Positions 1 to 13,511 of a stretch of 64,000 nucleotides of DNA are shown one piece after another. This DNA comes from Octopus sinensis. Taxonomy: Eukaryota. A program made the position numbers and the translations under genes. Position 1 is the first letter of the stretch. Each line of letters begins with the position of its first letter. A model generated the notes under the pieces. The model did not search any database. It had not been told where the DNA came from and saw nothing but the letters and a program-made list of their open reading frames with translations. The DNA lies in assembly GCF_006345805.1 (NCBI RefSeq), contig NC_043004.1, positions 84,320,001 through 84,384,000 on the forward strand. Reading direction: 5' to 3'.

Positions 1-72
1 ATATATATATATATGTATATATGTATGTATATATATGTATATATATATGTATATATATATGTATATATATAC

Positions 73-110
<38 letters not shown>

Positions 111-347
111 ATGCATACATATACATACAGCCATATGTTTGCACACACACATACACGTACTCAAACACACTGAGTCCTCTCACGCGCGCACCCATAAATA
201 TATACAGACACACAAAGCGAGATATAGATATAAACATACATGTATTCATAAGTACACATACACATATGCATTCATACATACATGCATCCGTATACACATA
301 TATGTATACACACGTGTATATGTTTATATATAGAGAGCAAGAGGTAA

Positions 348-390
<43 letters not shown>

Positions 391-391
<1 letters not shown>

Positions 392-600
392 GCGAAAGAG
401 TGGTTGTGTGACAAGTAACTTGCTTACCAACCACATGGTTCCGGGTTCAGTCGCAATGCACGTGTCATCTGCGATAGCCTCGGGCCAACCAAAGCCCTGT
501 GAGTGGGTTTGGTAGACGGAAACTGAAAGAAGCCCACCACACACACACACACCTCCCCCACATACACACACATTTATATATTATTATATATATATATGTA

Positions 601-660
<60 letters not shown>

Positions 661-667
661 ATAGATA

Positions 668-706
<39 letters not shown>

Positions 707-925
707 GTGTGTGTGTACGTTTGTCTACGCTTGTCCTGCCGACATCGATTGACAACCAATGCTGGTGTGCCAACGTCTCCGTAACATAGCGGTTCGGCAA
801 ATGTGACCGATAGAATCAGCTCTAGGGTTACAAAGAATAAGTCCTGGCATCAATGAGCTTGACTAAAGGAGGTGCTCCAGATTGGCCGCAGTCAAATGAC
901 TGAAACAAGCAAAAGAATGAAAGAA
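391..925 (+). mobile_element. tRNA-derived SINE family A (CORE-like block, internal microsatellite)
   Basis: Shares head ggttccgggttcagtc, body tttggtagacggaaactgaaagaagccc and tail ggtgctccag..ggccgcagtcaaatgactgaaacaag with many copies in the window. Confidence 0.85.
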
Positions 926-929
926 AATA

Positions 930-961
<32 letters not shown>

Positions 962-1094
962 CATACACATATGCATTTATAGATAGAGACACGGAGAGAG
1001 ATATATATAAGTATAAATATATATGTTATACATATATATACATATATATATATATGATTATATATATGTATATGTAAGTATAAACATGTATATG

Positions 1095-1256
<162 letters not shown>

Positions 1257-1663
1257 AATATATACATACACATATGCATTTATAGATAGAGACACGGAGA
1301 GAGAGAAAGTAGATAGAGATATATATAGATATATGTGTACATATTAGTGTGCGCATGATTCTGGGATTAAAAATTCCTATGAACCTAGGGCTAAGTATCA
1401 GACATTCTGTCTCGGTGAGTTTATATCTTTTTGGCATGGAAGTTATGGATTGCTATATCAGTAACGAACCAAACACATCCCAATCTGAAACACACACGAA
1501 CACACATGCACCGCCCCACTTCGTACGATGGTATGGTCTTACATTAATGAGGAAACTCTTAAATTAACTTTATTATTCGAAAATGCAATTCATTTCCATA
1601 AACATATGTACTGTATGTGCATATGTATATGTGTGTGCGTATGTATATATGTATGTATGTATG

Positions 1664-1694
<31 letters not shown>

Positions 1695-1707
1695 CTATCT
1701 ATCTATC

Positions 1708-1763
<56 letters not shown>

Positions 1764-1897
1764 AATTATATATATATATAGGCATTATTAAATCTCAGAA
1801 TGAGATGTACATATATATACATAATATATATATACATATGCATATATATATTATATATACATATGCACATATATATACATAATGATATATATATATT

Positions 1898-1953
<56 letters not shown>

Positions 1954-2732
1954 GCATGTGTACATAATTATATTTCAATGCACTTGTGAGCCAATCTGTG
2001 TCTATATGAGTATATATGCGAATATTATTTCGCGCAAGCACGTTCTCTGTTTTCTAGATACGGAAAAAATAACTTTCAAAATCTATAGAAATGATTAATT
2101 CTGAAAATTCCCAACTGAAATTACAATATATTGTCCTGGATAAAAATCGATTTTATTTGCTATAATTAATTTCGCAGTAACCGCAATTATAAAATCAGAA
2201 ATTCTATAATACTTATTAAACTTATTCTTACTGTGTTGTCTCTCAAAGATTCAGTGCTTCGATGAGACCAGATTGGGGTCCCGCTATCAACGGAGTAGTT
2301 ATTGATATTGACTATTTAATTACTCCAGACTAGTAGATACAATGGTGATTACTTATTAAGCAAATCGATTTGATAAGATTGTACATTACTGGAGATTATA
2401 ATTACGTTTGACCTAAACACACGTAAAATGTGATACACACACTCACACACACCCAAACATACACATATAAACTTAAGCACATATAATACACTACAAAGCA
2501 ACGTTTCTTGCATATACACCCAAATATACACCTATACGTAACGATGTTCCACTTAGAACAGAATACTTGCCCACACGAGAAGACAGTAGAAGACTTGTGG
2601 CTAAAATTTTCCGCTCCTTTATGAAAAAGGATCGTTTGAAATAAAGCTCGGTATTTTCAATTGACATGACACATGACAATTCTATTCTTTTCCACCATTT
2701 CTCTCCTCCTCCACCCCCTCCTCCTCCTCTTG

Positions 2733-2818
<86 letters not shown>

Positions 2819-3645
2819 ATGATGTAAAGGATAAGGAAATATTTTCCTTTCTTCTTTTGTATTTCATTTCTCCCCACATAAGAATGTGTTTAGGACCCTA
2901 TTGTTTATCCACGCGATCCCATCTACGATTTGATACTCAAGCCATAAACGTTGTGCTATATAAAATCAGTCATTTGCTTTTCGCAGCTAGACGTACATTG
3001 CTTTAACATACTATGTGCTTCCGCTCTTAAGTTCCTTTTGTTTTGCATTTATATTGTCGAAACTGTTTGGGTTTGTAACATTCAACTTTCAGTAAGACTT
3101 GTTAACCATGGTTAAACCTGCCCCTTTGCTCGTTATGTACGAATTTACTTAAACGATGTCGTTTAATGCTAAGTCAATCGTGATATAGTATATCTATGAT
3201 AAGCATCTTTCCAACAAACCCAAAGGCGCCCGTTCATTTGCTCACATAAATCGGGGGTTGACTACTACACATATTCATTTACTTCGACGGATGATATCAC
3301 TTCGGGTTGACTGAGACATGATTTCCAGAAAATTCATGTACCATGCAGCATTGTAGAATTTAAGATTTGGAGATATTATTGGTAGGTTATGTAGTCACTG
3401 AGTCATCATCAACAATTTTCAGTAAATATATGGGGGAGCAAGCATTCTAGACAAAAATACGTATTTCGTCATTTGTTTTAAAAACAGTGCTAAAGTAATA
3501 AGATAAAGGGAAAAGACTGCTTAAAAATTACAGCATAAAAATGCAAAGAGCAGGGAAGCAAAACATAATAATAATATAGGGTCATCTCCAAGTAGTTCAA
3601 ATAACATCTTAGACAAATCCACGTTGTCTCGGAATTAAATATATG

Positions 3646-4045
3646 GGTGCAGGAGTGGCTGTGTGGTAAGTAGCTTGTTTACCAACCATATGGTTCCGGG
3701 TTCAGTCCCACTGCGTGGCATCTTGGGCAAGTGTCTTCTTCTATAGCCTCGGGTCGACCAATGCCTTGTGAGTGGATTTGGTAGAAGGAAACTGAAAGAC
3801 GCCTGTCGTATATATGTATGTATATATGTATTTGTGTGTATGTTTGTTTGTCTGTGTTTGTCCCCCTAGCATTGCTTGACAACCGATGCTGGTGTGTTTA
3901 CGTCCCCATCACTTAGCGGTTCGACAAAAGAGGCCGATAGAATAAGTACTGGGCTTACAAAGAATAAGTCCCGGGGTCGATTTGCTCGACTAAAGGCGGT
4001 GCTCCAGCATGGCCGCAGTCTGAAACAAGTAAAAGAGCAAAAGAG
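3646..4045 (+). mobile_element. SINE family A, near full length
   Basis: A-box-like tggctgtgtggt, B-box-like ggttcagtcc, CORE-like tcttgggcaagtgtctt and an (aaaagag)n tail. Confidence 0.9.
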
Positions 4046-4306
4046 ATATGTTTATCGAGCCATCAAATTTTACACAGGCGAACACATGCACACTCACACA
4101 CACAGACATACACAGTCAAACACACACACTCCCGCATCCACATACACACACACACACACACCTACACAAATATTCACGATATATTTATACACATATATGC
4201 ACATGTACTCTTTTATTTAAACACCTGTATGTTTGTATAAATAATTTTTTAAAGAAGCTATACATGTTTGTGCGTATGTCTGTCTATCTATTTATCTATC
4301 TATCTA

Positions 4307-4383
<77 letters not shown>

Positions 4384-4455
4384 GTCTGTCTGTCTGTCTA
4401 TATCTCTCTCTTTCTTTCTCTCTCTCCTCTTTGTCTCTCTGTTTATAGCTCTCTG

Positions 4456-4490
<35 letters not shown>

Positions 4491-4884
4491 CGTGTGTGTG
4501 TGTGTGTATGCGTGTGTGTATGTGTGTGTGTGTTTGTGCGTATTTCAATTAGCAAAGAAGAGTAAGCCGGAAATTCTTGTAACAAGAGGCTATTTAACGT
4601 ACACCGCGTCAAAGAAGATCCATTAGAAACGGAAACAGTGAAGAGACCGTATTAAGAAGCAAGGATTTATCTTCCCATGGATTCGTTCAAGTAAACAGTC
4701 TTACAAAAATGTGCTTCTAGCAGTAATTCACCTTGGTAAATGTTATATTACCAACTGTAATTACAAAAGTCGGATATGTCATCAGGTCAACAACCGATAA
4801 GATATTGAATGGTTAACAAGCATATTATTCAATACCGTATGCGTTTAAAATCTCATATGAACTCAACTTGTTATTAACTACGTA

Positions 4885-5193
4885 TCAAGCATGTTTGTTC
4901 CTTCTCAAGCCACATCTGGTTGATAAGGGCCAGTTTCCCGGTTTCCTTGACGTATAGGTTCGCTACCTGGACGGGACGCCGGTCCGTTGCAGTTGAGCTA
5001 CAGGATGTAGGAGGAAAGAGTGAGAGAAAGATGTGACGACAGACCCCGCAGAAGTTCGCCATTACCTTCTGTCAGAGCCGCGTGGAAGTTAGGTGTTTCG
5101 CTCATAAACACACATTTCCCGGTCTAAGTTTCGAACCCGCGATCCCTCGACCGCGAGCTCGCTGCTCTAACCACTAGGTCATGTGCCTCCACA
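4885..5193 (-). mobile_element. tRNA-derived SINE family C, Meta-domain-like tail
   Basis: Reverse complement has head gtggaggcacatgacctagtggttagagcagc..gggttcgaaac and tail cggaccggcgtcccgtccagg..ggaaaccgggaaactggccc. Confidence 0.82.
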
Positions 5194-6622
5194 CATGTGA
5201 AGCATAACTAAATCGATATCAGCAGTAGCGTTCCAGCCATGAGCATCTCGACTGTCTCTTGAGGGTTACATCTTTTATGGGTTTTTTTATTCAGTCCTAG
5301 GACTATGGACCTCTTCACGCACCAACTTGAAGACTTTTGTGGAATAAGTTCAAACTCATAACTTATTTCTTTGAAATCTGTTGCTTATTTTGTCGGGATC
5401 TTTTTAACAACTGTTATGTTACTGTCAAAAAGAAACACACACTGACTGCCAATAGCTGAAAGAGATTGAAATACACGAAAAAGACACGTATGCACACACA
5501 CACGCTCATAAAAACACACACACACTTCACACACATGCTCACGCGCAAATACACACATACGCGCAAATGAATACAATCGCGCACACTCACACACAAATAC
5601 ACAAACATGTAGAAGTACGTCCATAAGGGAAACATGGTTGTTATATAAATTCGAACATATGGCTAAATACTTTTAGTTCTGAATGTCATCATTCGAGTTA
5701 GTTCTACATAAATCATATTCACGGCTCTATAATATACTGAATCTGACATTAAATCTACTCATTTCTCTGTTTATCTATCTACATACATATGGATGTGTAT
5801 GTGTATGTGCTTGTGTGTTTGTGTGTATGCATTTATATATGTGTGGGTGTATGTGTGTACGTATGTGAGTATGTATGTTTGTGCGTTTGTGTGTGTATTT
5901 ATATATATATATATATGCGTGTATATATTTGTATGTATATATGTGTGTGTGTATGTGCGTATGTATGTGTCTGAGTTTGTGTGTGTGTGTATATGTGTAT
6001 GTGCGTATGTGGGTGTGTGCGTTTGTGTGTCTTTGTGCTAGTCCCTCCACCAACAGATGTTGGTTTGCTTACGTCCCCAAATTTTACGGTTCGTAAAAAT
6101 AACGATTAAAATAAAAATAAAATGTAAAAATAAAAAGTATCCGACTAAATGAATCTGCCATCGCCAGTAGTTAATGAAAGAAAAATCTGTGTTCGATTAG
6201 TCCATGTAAATCTTTCGAGATGGTGACCAAAGACTGGGAGAAGTACAGGATAAAAAGATATTTTTTAAAAAATGTATTACCTGATATTTTATCAACACGT
6301 AACGAAGTAAATATGTATTTAAAAGGATTAATGTTGTGAGTAACAAATATTAATTCAGTGTGATTTTGCAAAGTCCGGAAAAAAAAATTCAATGATGTCT
6401 CTCTCTTCTTAAATATACCTACCAAAGAATATCATCCACCGCACTTATTGAATTAATTGGTGCTCAATCGGTCAATCACTATAACAAATAAAGAATACTA
6501 GAAGATTTATTGTTACATGTATTATAGCGACTAAGACAACTTATACTATTCACATGAAGAATACCAATATACTTTCTTTAGTCAATAATGGAAAGAAACA
6601 CACACACACACACACACATACA

Positions 6623-6692
<70 letters not shown>

Positions 6693-7046
6693 GAGGTGAG
6701 AAGGACTATTGGCTCAAAAAACAGTATTAAGATTTCCGGATTGTGACAAGTGACGGTAACAACTTTAGATTTGGTATTCTGAACTCTTCATTGAATTAGT
6801 GTCGTATTCATACTTTCAAGATAAGTGATTTAAAAACAAAATCTGAAGACATATATTGATGTAGAAAGAACGTACAAGAATAAGCGACAGGGAGGGAATA
6901 CCATGATTTTAGTAGTTTACCGATGAACGCCAGCTGCATAAAAATAAAAACTAAGTTAATCACATTATAGTTAATGTAATTAGGAAAATTATCTAATTGC
7001 ATTTATGTATAGAGGGAGGAGAAAACATTGTTCGAATTTTAAATAC

Positions 7047-7084
<38 letters not shown>

Positions 7085-7088
7085 ATGT

Positions 7089-7372
7089 GGATACAAGATG
7101 TCACCAATAGTGCAAATAACGCGAAATACGTAAACTAGGAGAACAAAAATGAAAGGGGAACAAGGAAACAGAGTAAAGGACCCTTCATTAGTAGGCTGTC
7201 TATCTACTACTCATTTTGAGCATTCAACGACAATGCTGGGAATGAGGAGTAGATAGACAGCCGACAACTAATCAATGGTTCTTTTGCTGTGTTTACTTGT
7301 CCTTCTTTTACATTTTTAGTTTCATTGTTTACGTATTTCTCGCTATTTGCATCGTTGGTGACGTCCTGTACC
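7089..7372. repeat. Long imperfect inverted repeat (~130-bp arms) embedded in (TA)n
   Basis: 7089-7215 vs the reverse complement of 7241-7372, e.g. gtcaccaa..tgcaaata..gaaatacgtaaac and ggctgtctatctact.ctcatt. Confidence 0.85.
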
Positions 7373-7373
7373 G

Positions 7374-7443
<70 letters not shown>

Positions 7444-7528
7444 ATATATATATATATATATACATGCATGCCTGCATACATACATACATACATACATACT
7501 ACATACATACATACATACATACATACTA

Positions 7529-7563
<35 letters not shown>

Positions 7564-7659
7564 GTTGTACGAGTTTGCACGTTTGAGTGAGTGCGTTTAC
7601 TTCCAAGGTAATGCTACTAATACCTTACTACTACTGATAATAATAGTAACAGCAATATT

Positions 7660-7914
7660 ACTACTACATTATTTCCATTGGACACATATGTGTCCTCATC
7701 TTCTTTGTTGCTATCACAACGTTTCGGCTGATTTACTCTCCAGCCTTCATCCTGTTAGAATTTTTAACCCAACCCTCTGTTCTTATTTCTACGAAAACTA
7801 AAAGAGGCAACACATATGCTAGTACACAGTAACCTCCTCAGGAGAGCTAGTGTAGATATGAGTAGAATAGGGGAACCAGTATTGAGGAAGGATATAAAAA
7901 TATTTGGTTTATAA
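7660..7914. mobile_element. Penelope-like element remnant: inverted pseudo-LTR plus GIY-YIG endonuclease C-terminus
   Basis: + strand 7786-7914 reads [42 protein letters not shown], resembling the RKIKEA..I motif end of PLE endonucleases. 7660-7752 is homologous to 28850-28950 and carries a minus-strand hammerhead-like motif. Confidence 0.7.
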
Positions 7915-8099
7915 ACCCTGAATTTCTCTATATAATTGCTCGTGTGCATATAGCGTAATGTCTAAGAGTGCTGGCTTCTAACCCCAAGATTGCGAGTTCA
8001 ATTCTAGAGAGTTCTAATCAATTCTGATCACGAATGGCCTAAGAAAAAACTCTATTCTACATGGAATTACGTGGCTAGTTCCACCTTGTAACTAACATT

Positions 8100-8760
8100 T
8101 TAAAACGTCAGGAAACGCCATGGAGGTGGCTCAGAAAGGGTGGCCTAAAAAAAGAAACTGTTCCTCTGTGTGGATAGAGGGTAGAAAATGTGACTCACAT
8201 TGTTAGTGCTTGTGAATATTTTGCGCGGACATGACGAGGTAGCGCAACATTTTCACTGGTTACTATGTCGGAAGCATGGATACCATGTAACAGGTGTATG
8301 GTGCCAAGGAATGAAAAGAAAAGGCAAACAATTTTCTGGGATTTTGAATTCTAGAAAATCATGGTTAGAACACATGTTGTTAGAACATTTATGAAGGACA
8401 ACTAAGAGTGCCTAATAATGGGCGGGGCAGTGCCAGGTGATCGATATATTATCATGAAAGAAAGAGAAAAGAGCGACGAAAATGGAGCCTGGGAACTCAG
8501 ATAGCCAAGAATCAAATATAAAATGTGTCCCATTATCATCTGACCATTGGGTTCAATACCACCCAATCTGAAGAAGAATCTTTAGAAATACCCTAAAAAC
8601 AAGGTGTATTGCAAAAATCGGCATTAGTTGTAATGCCACGAATGTTGCGTAAAATACTGTCTGTCTGAGGTCCTTGTTGTAACTTGACAGACAATACAAA
8701 CCCCGGAAGACACAATTTCAATTAAAAAAATCACCATATTGGATACTCTAATAGTAATGT
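8100..8760 (+). mobile_element. Older, decayed RLE-type (R4/Dong-like) LINE 3' fragment
   Basis: Frame-broken motifs ENVTHIVSAC, HDEVAQHFHWLLCRKHG, WDFEF, AVPGD, VPIII.PLGSIP, VLQKSAL and LRKILSV*, collinear with the 9478 element. Confidence 0.8.
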
Positions 8761-8879
8761 CAGGCTTCGTATATTTTTATCCCAGTGTCACTTTGATGGC
8801 ATGCATTGCTCTCTCACTCAATAACAGCAACAACAACAATGACATCAAAAACAACAACAACAACAACAACAATAATAAT

Positions 8880-8916
<37 letters not shown>

Positions 8917-8920
<4 letters not shown>

Positions 8921-9435
8921 TGTCCCGATGCAATACCAGGCAGTGGCTCTCGTGGCTTCTGAGCTTAAGTGATTGGTATTGTTATCATGTACATTGTTTT
9001 GTCTTGGTATAAAAGATGGGCTGCAGCAAATATTCTGCTGAATCCCACAGATTTGACCTTAACCAGATAACCATGTCCCTTAGTGGCTGACGATATGTGC
9101 ATCTCTGATCACGAGCAGAAGTAGTGGGGGAGCATCAAAGCCATGTGTTGAGAGGGATTGTTTGGGGTTTGAATAATTCATCTCTGGAAATATGGGTGTT
9201 TCGTTCAACATCCTTAAACAACCCTATTCAGTGACCTTTTTAGAGGAATGTGTTACTCGACCAGAAGAAAATTACAACTGTTCCCCTCCTGCAAGATCAT
9301 GTGCTGTTTATCTTGATATGAGATCACCATGTCGCGCACATATGGTTGTGATGCATGTTCCTAGCGTACCCTTGTCAGGCGGATATTCATGATGGGTATA
9401 CTGGGCTTTCTATATTTTACCCCAATGTCACTCAA
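8917..9435 (+). mobile_element. Non-autonomous ~500-bp interspersed repeat in (AAT)n (family D)
   Basis: Homologous to 10255-10655 and 8762-8820, and in reverse orientation to 44365-44830. Shared blocks include ttggtataaaa..gcagcaaa.attctg, ctgatcac.agcagaag.agt and gggctt.gtatattt..cccca.tgtcact. It is flanked by aat repeats. Confidence 0.75.
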
Positions 9436-9477
9436 TAATAATAATATTTTATCACTCAATAATAATAATAATAATAA

Positions 9478-10205
9478 AAACCATTGATCATGTTGTCTCC
9501 AAATGCAGTCGTCTAGCGCCTACAGAGTACCTCAACAGGCATGATAGAGCTGCACAATATATTCACTGGGTAATTTGCAAAACCTGGATTTGCCCCATGA
9601 AAAAAAATGGTGGGAACACAATCCACCGCCAGTGATTGAAAATGACCACATCTCACTCCTCTGGAACTTCACCATTCAAACTGACAGAATGATAGATGCA
9701 GATAGGCCAGACATCATATTGAAAGACTTCAGACAAAGAACATGCCTCCTCATTGATATGACTGTCCCAATCGATATAAACGTATCTGTCAAGACCTACC
9801 AAAAACTGAGCAAATATAAAGATCTTGAATTAGAAATCAGCAAAATGTGGAACCTGAAGACTAAAACAATACCTGTTGTCATAGGTGCCCTGGGAATGAT
9901 AGCAAAAGGGACTGATTACTACCTAACTCAGATACCAGGAAACCCCAAAATGGCAGAAATTCAAAAGATAGTGCTCATGGGAACCGCTCATATCCTACGC
10001 AAAATATTCTCTATGTAATCCCAAGGTTTAAAACAAACTTTTATTTTTTTATTATTATGCATTCACTAGTACAACACAAAAAAACCCAAATATATGGCAC
10101 ACTAGGCATAACAACAACGTGAACTTCCAATCTGTTGTCTCTTGAGGTCTCTGGGTGAGACTTGGAGCCAATTTGTACAGACATAAAGCAAAAGTCAAAC
10201 ATAGA

Positions 10206-10208
<3 letters not shown>
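9478..10208 (+). mobile_element. 5'-truncated R4/Dong-type non-LTR retrotransposon (zinc knuckle + restriction-like endonuclease + 3' UTR)
   Basis: Translation TIDHVVSKC..RHDRAAQYIHWVIC / WWEH..LLWNFTIQTD..RPDII..LLIDMTVP..KLSKYKDL..PVVIGALG..TAHILRK (ORF 9575-10018, one -1 slip near 9580). It is flanked by (AAT)n on both sides. Confidence 0.9.
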
Positions 10209-10236
<28 letters not shown>

Positions 10237-10254
10237 TAGTAATAATAATCATAA

Positions 10255-10655
10255 ATACTCAGATGCAGTCCCGATCTTAACAATTGAAATTATTAATATG
10301 TACATATCTTGGCTTGGTGTATAAAACAATGTCTGCAGCAAACATTCTAACTACCGCAGATAATTCCTTCACGTTAGCTAGATGGGCTAACCTTCTGATC
10401 ACAAGCAGAAGCAGTAAGGAACCATCATAGGCACGTGTTAAGTGGAATATTTTCTGATTTGAAATCGAGAGTGTGTTGCATGTGTATGCCCTTTTCTTCT
10501 TATTTTGAGGTCACCATGTTGCGACACATTTGGATGTAATTCATGTGCATGGTGTACTCTAAGCAAACGGGCACACGGGATAATTTTATTGGGCTTCGTA
10601 TATTGGTAACCTCAGCCTCACTTTGATAGCATGCACCAGTGTCTTACTTTATAGT
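10255..10655 (+). mobile_element. Family D copy, diverged
   Basis: Collinear similarity to 8917-9435; starts right after an (AAT)n tract. Confidence 0.7.
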
Positions 10656-11686
10656 AATGAGGAAGGTGATGGTTTACGAAAAAAGATTAGTAAATTTAAA
10701 GTGAATATATAGACGATAACTTAAGTTGTAATAATCATTTGGGATTTTCGCTTATCAGAACCCGACTGGATTAGAACACAGTAAGAAAATCGCCCGGACA
10801 AATGCAGCATGCCAAATATTTCCGATTCTCCAATGATTTTACTACTTTTCCACAGCGACTGCTGCTCCCGCTGCTCCCGCTACTTCTACTACTGCTTCTT
10901 CCATTTATATTACAACAAAGAAAAAGAATTAATTTTATAGTCATTATCATCATTATTACTACCTTCTCTATTAGAAATACTAGCAATACGATTTTACAGT
11001 TTCTATTGTTTTTAATTCTGTCAAGCTCACTGAGGGACAGTGAAGTGACATTTGATATATAAGAAATCGATGTTTTTTATCTGATCGCCATGTTTTTAAT
11101 CTTATGGAAACACCCATTGATATAAACTATAAAAAAATCATTTAGTTGCAATAATGCGATTATTTGCTGAATGTGGAAAATAAAGATTCTTCAACTTAAC
11201 TAAAAGAGTATTATCTATAATCCACAGATCAATAATACTACAGCGACATATCACGGTAAATGAAGCTGTTAAAGTTGATAAAATTAATGTCTTCATTGCG
11301 TATGCGGGATACTTTCGATAGCAGGTTTTGCAGCCGACGTAATGAAACGATAGATTATTTTGTCAATAACTGTTTCTAAATTCCTGATAAATTGGATGAA
11401 CTGGATAGGCGAATTACAGGTGGCAGTGTCTGTAGATTTGACGATTACGAGCTGATTATTGTTTAATATTCGCTTTAATAGTTTTGCAACAGGAATCCTT
11501 TCAACGCACGCATTGAAATATGTTTAGCCGCTGTGCTATAACTGTTATTCTGTAGTCACAAGTCGGCTTTCATCAAATAAACGTATGATTTTCATATAAA
11601 TTGGTCAGCTACGCGGAAACTGCAGACGTATTGTTACTGACACACAATATCTTCAAGTATGTTTGGAAATTTTAACATAAAATATA

Positions 11687-11867
11687 GGCACAGGAGTGGC
11701 TGTGTGATAACGAACCACATGGTCCCGGGTTCAGTCCCACTGCGCGGCACCTTGGGTAAGTGTCTTCTACTACAGCCTCAGGCCGACCAAAGCCTTGTGA
11801 GTGTATTTGATAGACGGACACTGAAAGAAGCCCGTCGTATATATGTATATATATATATATACATGTA

Positions 11868-11913
<46 letters not shown>

Positions 11914-12095
11914 ACCAGCACTTGACAACTGATGGTGGTGTGTTTACGTCCCTGTAACTTAGTGGTTCTGTAAAAGACACCGATAGAATATGTACTAGGC
12001 TTATAAAGAATTAGTCCTGGAGTCGATTTGATCGACTAAAGGCGGTGCTCCAGCATGGCCGCAGTCAAATGACTGAAAGAAATAAAAGAAAAGAG
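11687..12095 (+). mobile_element. SINE family A
   Basis: Collinear with 3646-4045. Confidence 0.9.
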
Positions 12096-12269
12096 TATAA
12101 AATGAATAATCACTGGTTATAATCTCTGAGAATACAGTGCGATGAACTCTAATCATGATCAAGTCTACAAGTTTTTTTTTCACCTCAAAATCTACTGCGA
12201 CATCATTAAACCTTCAGCGACGTCATTGTTAATGTGACTCGTTGTTGAAATTTATATAAAATATTTTCC

Positions 12270-12510
12270 CCCATGAACTTTCTTCCCAGCCACATCCTTA
12301 CTTTAGCAAGTTCCTTTTACTATGGCTTCGGGCTGACTAAAAACTTGCGAGTGCATTTGGTAGACGGAAAATGAATACACGCGCGCACACGCACACACAC
12401 ATGAATATGGGAGTATGTCTTTATTTCCGTTCCCCCCATCACTGTTTGACAACCGGTGTTGGTACGTTTAATGTCACCGTAAAATATCGGCTCATCAAAC
12501 GATATAAGTA
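12270..12510 (+). mobile_element. SINE family A, degenerate
   Basis: tttggtagacggaaaatgaa and ttgacaaccggtgttggt blocks. Confidence 0.6.
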
Positions 12511-12640
12511 ATATTACGTCAAATTTCTTCCAACAATATTTTACACAAATAACTTAGTTCTGTTTATGATATTTTAGAGAACATGCATAATCGGGTTTGT
12601 CAGCAGCACAATGTTGATTTAAGATTCAAATTTTGATAAG

Positions 12641-12712
<72 letters not shown>

Positions 12713-12976
12713 ACACACAGTTAATTACATTTTCTTGCAATCAAGTACACAAATGTAACGAAGTTGTTTAAAACATGGTTATTGTTCATCAAAAGAGCTG
12801 AAGAGCTGTTGCTCTCAAAGTATCATAGCATTTGTGAAAATCTTTTTTCCAATACAATGCTATGGAAGATTATAACTATAAGAACACTTGTTTTTCTGGA
12901 CATACTGCATACAGATAAAGTAGAGAAGAGAAGCAACGGGGGAAGCTACTAAGGTGTCACTCGATACAGTAGTTAT

Positions 12977-13511
12977 AATATACTTTACTACTCTAGGCAC
13001 AAGGCTTGAAATATTGAGGGAGGTGACCAGTCGATTAGATCGACCCCAGCACGCAACTGGTACTTAATTTATCGACACCGAAAGGATGAATGGCAAAGTC
13101 GACCTCGGTGGAATTTGAACTCAGAACGTAAAGACAAACGAAATGCCGCTAAGCACTTCACCCGGCGTGCTAACGTTTTTATTTCTTTATTGCCCACAAG
13201 AGGCTAAACATAGAGGGCACAAACATGGACAGACAAAGGGATTAAATCGATTATATCGACTCGAATGCGTAACTGGTACTTAATTTATTGACCCCGAAAG
13301 TATGTAAGGCAAAGTCGAACACGGCGGATTTTGAACTCAGAACACAAAGACAGACGAAATACCTATTTCTTTACTACTCACAAGGGGCTAAACACAGAGA
13401 GGACAAACAAGGACAGATACACGGATTAAGTCGATTATGACGATCCCCAGTGCGTAACTGATACTTAAGAATTTCGCCCGGCGTACTAACGATTCTGCCA
13501 GCTCACCGGCT
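12977..13511 (-). mobile_element. SINE family B trimer, reverse
   Basis: Three reverse-complement units; 12-bp TSD tacagtagttat at 12965-12976 and 13512-13523. Confidence 0.88.

Noticed and set aside
1348-1420. Strong donor CG|GTGAGT with a short open frame
   Set aside because: The acceptor is poor, it lies between microsatellites, and such a match is expected by chance.
7943-8010. tRNA-like sequence (also the heads at 15114, 20216 and 42540-42605)
   Set aside because: The stems are degenerate and most continue into SINE bodies, so these are SINE heads rather than tRNA genes.
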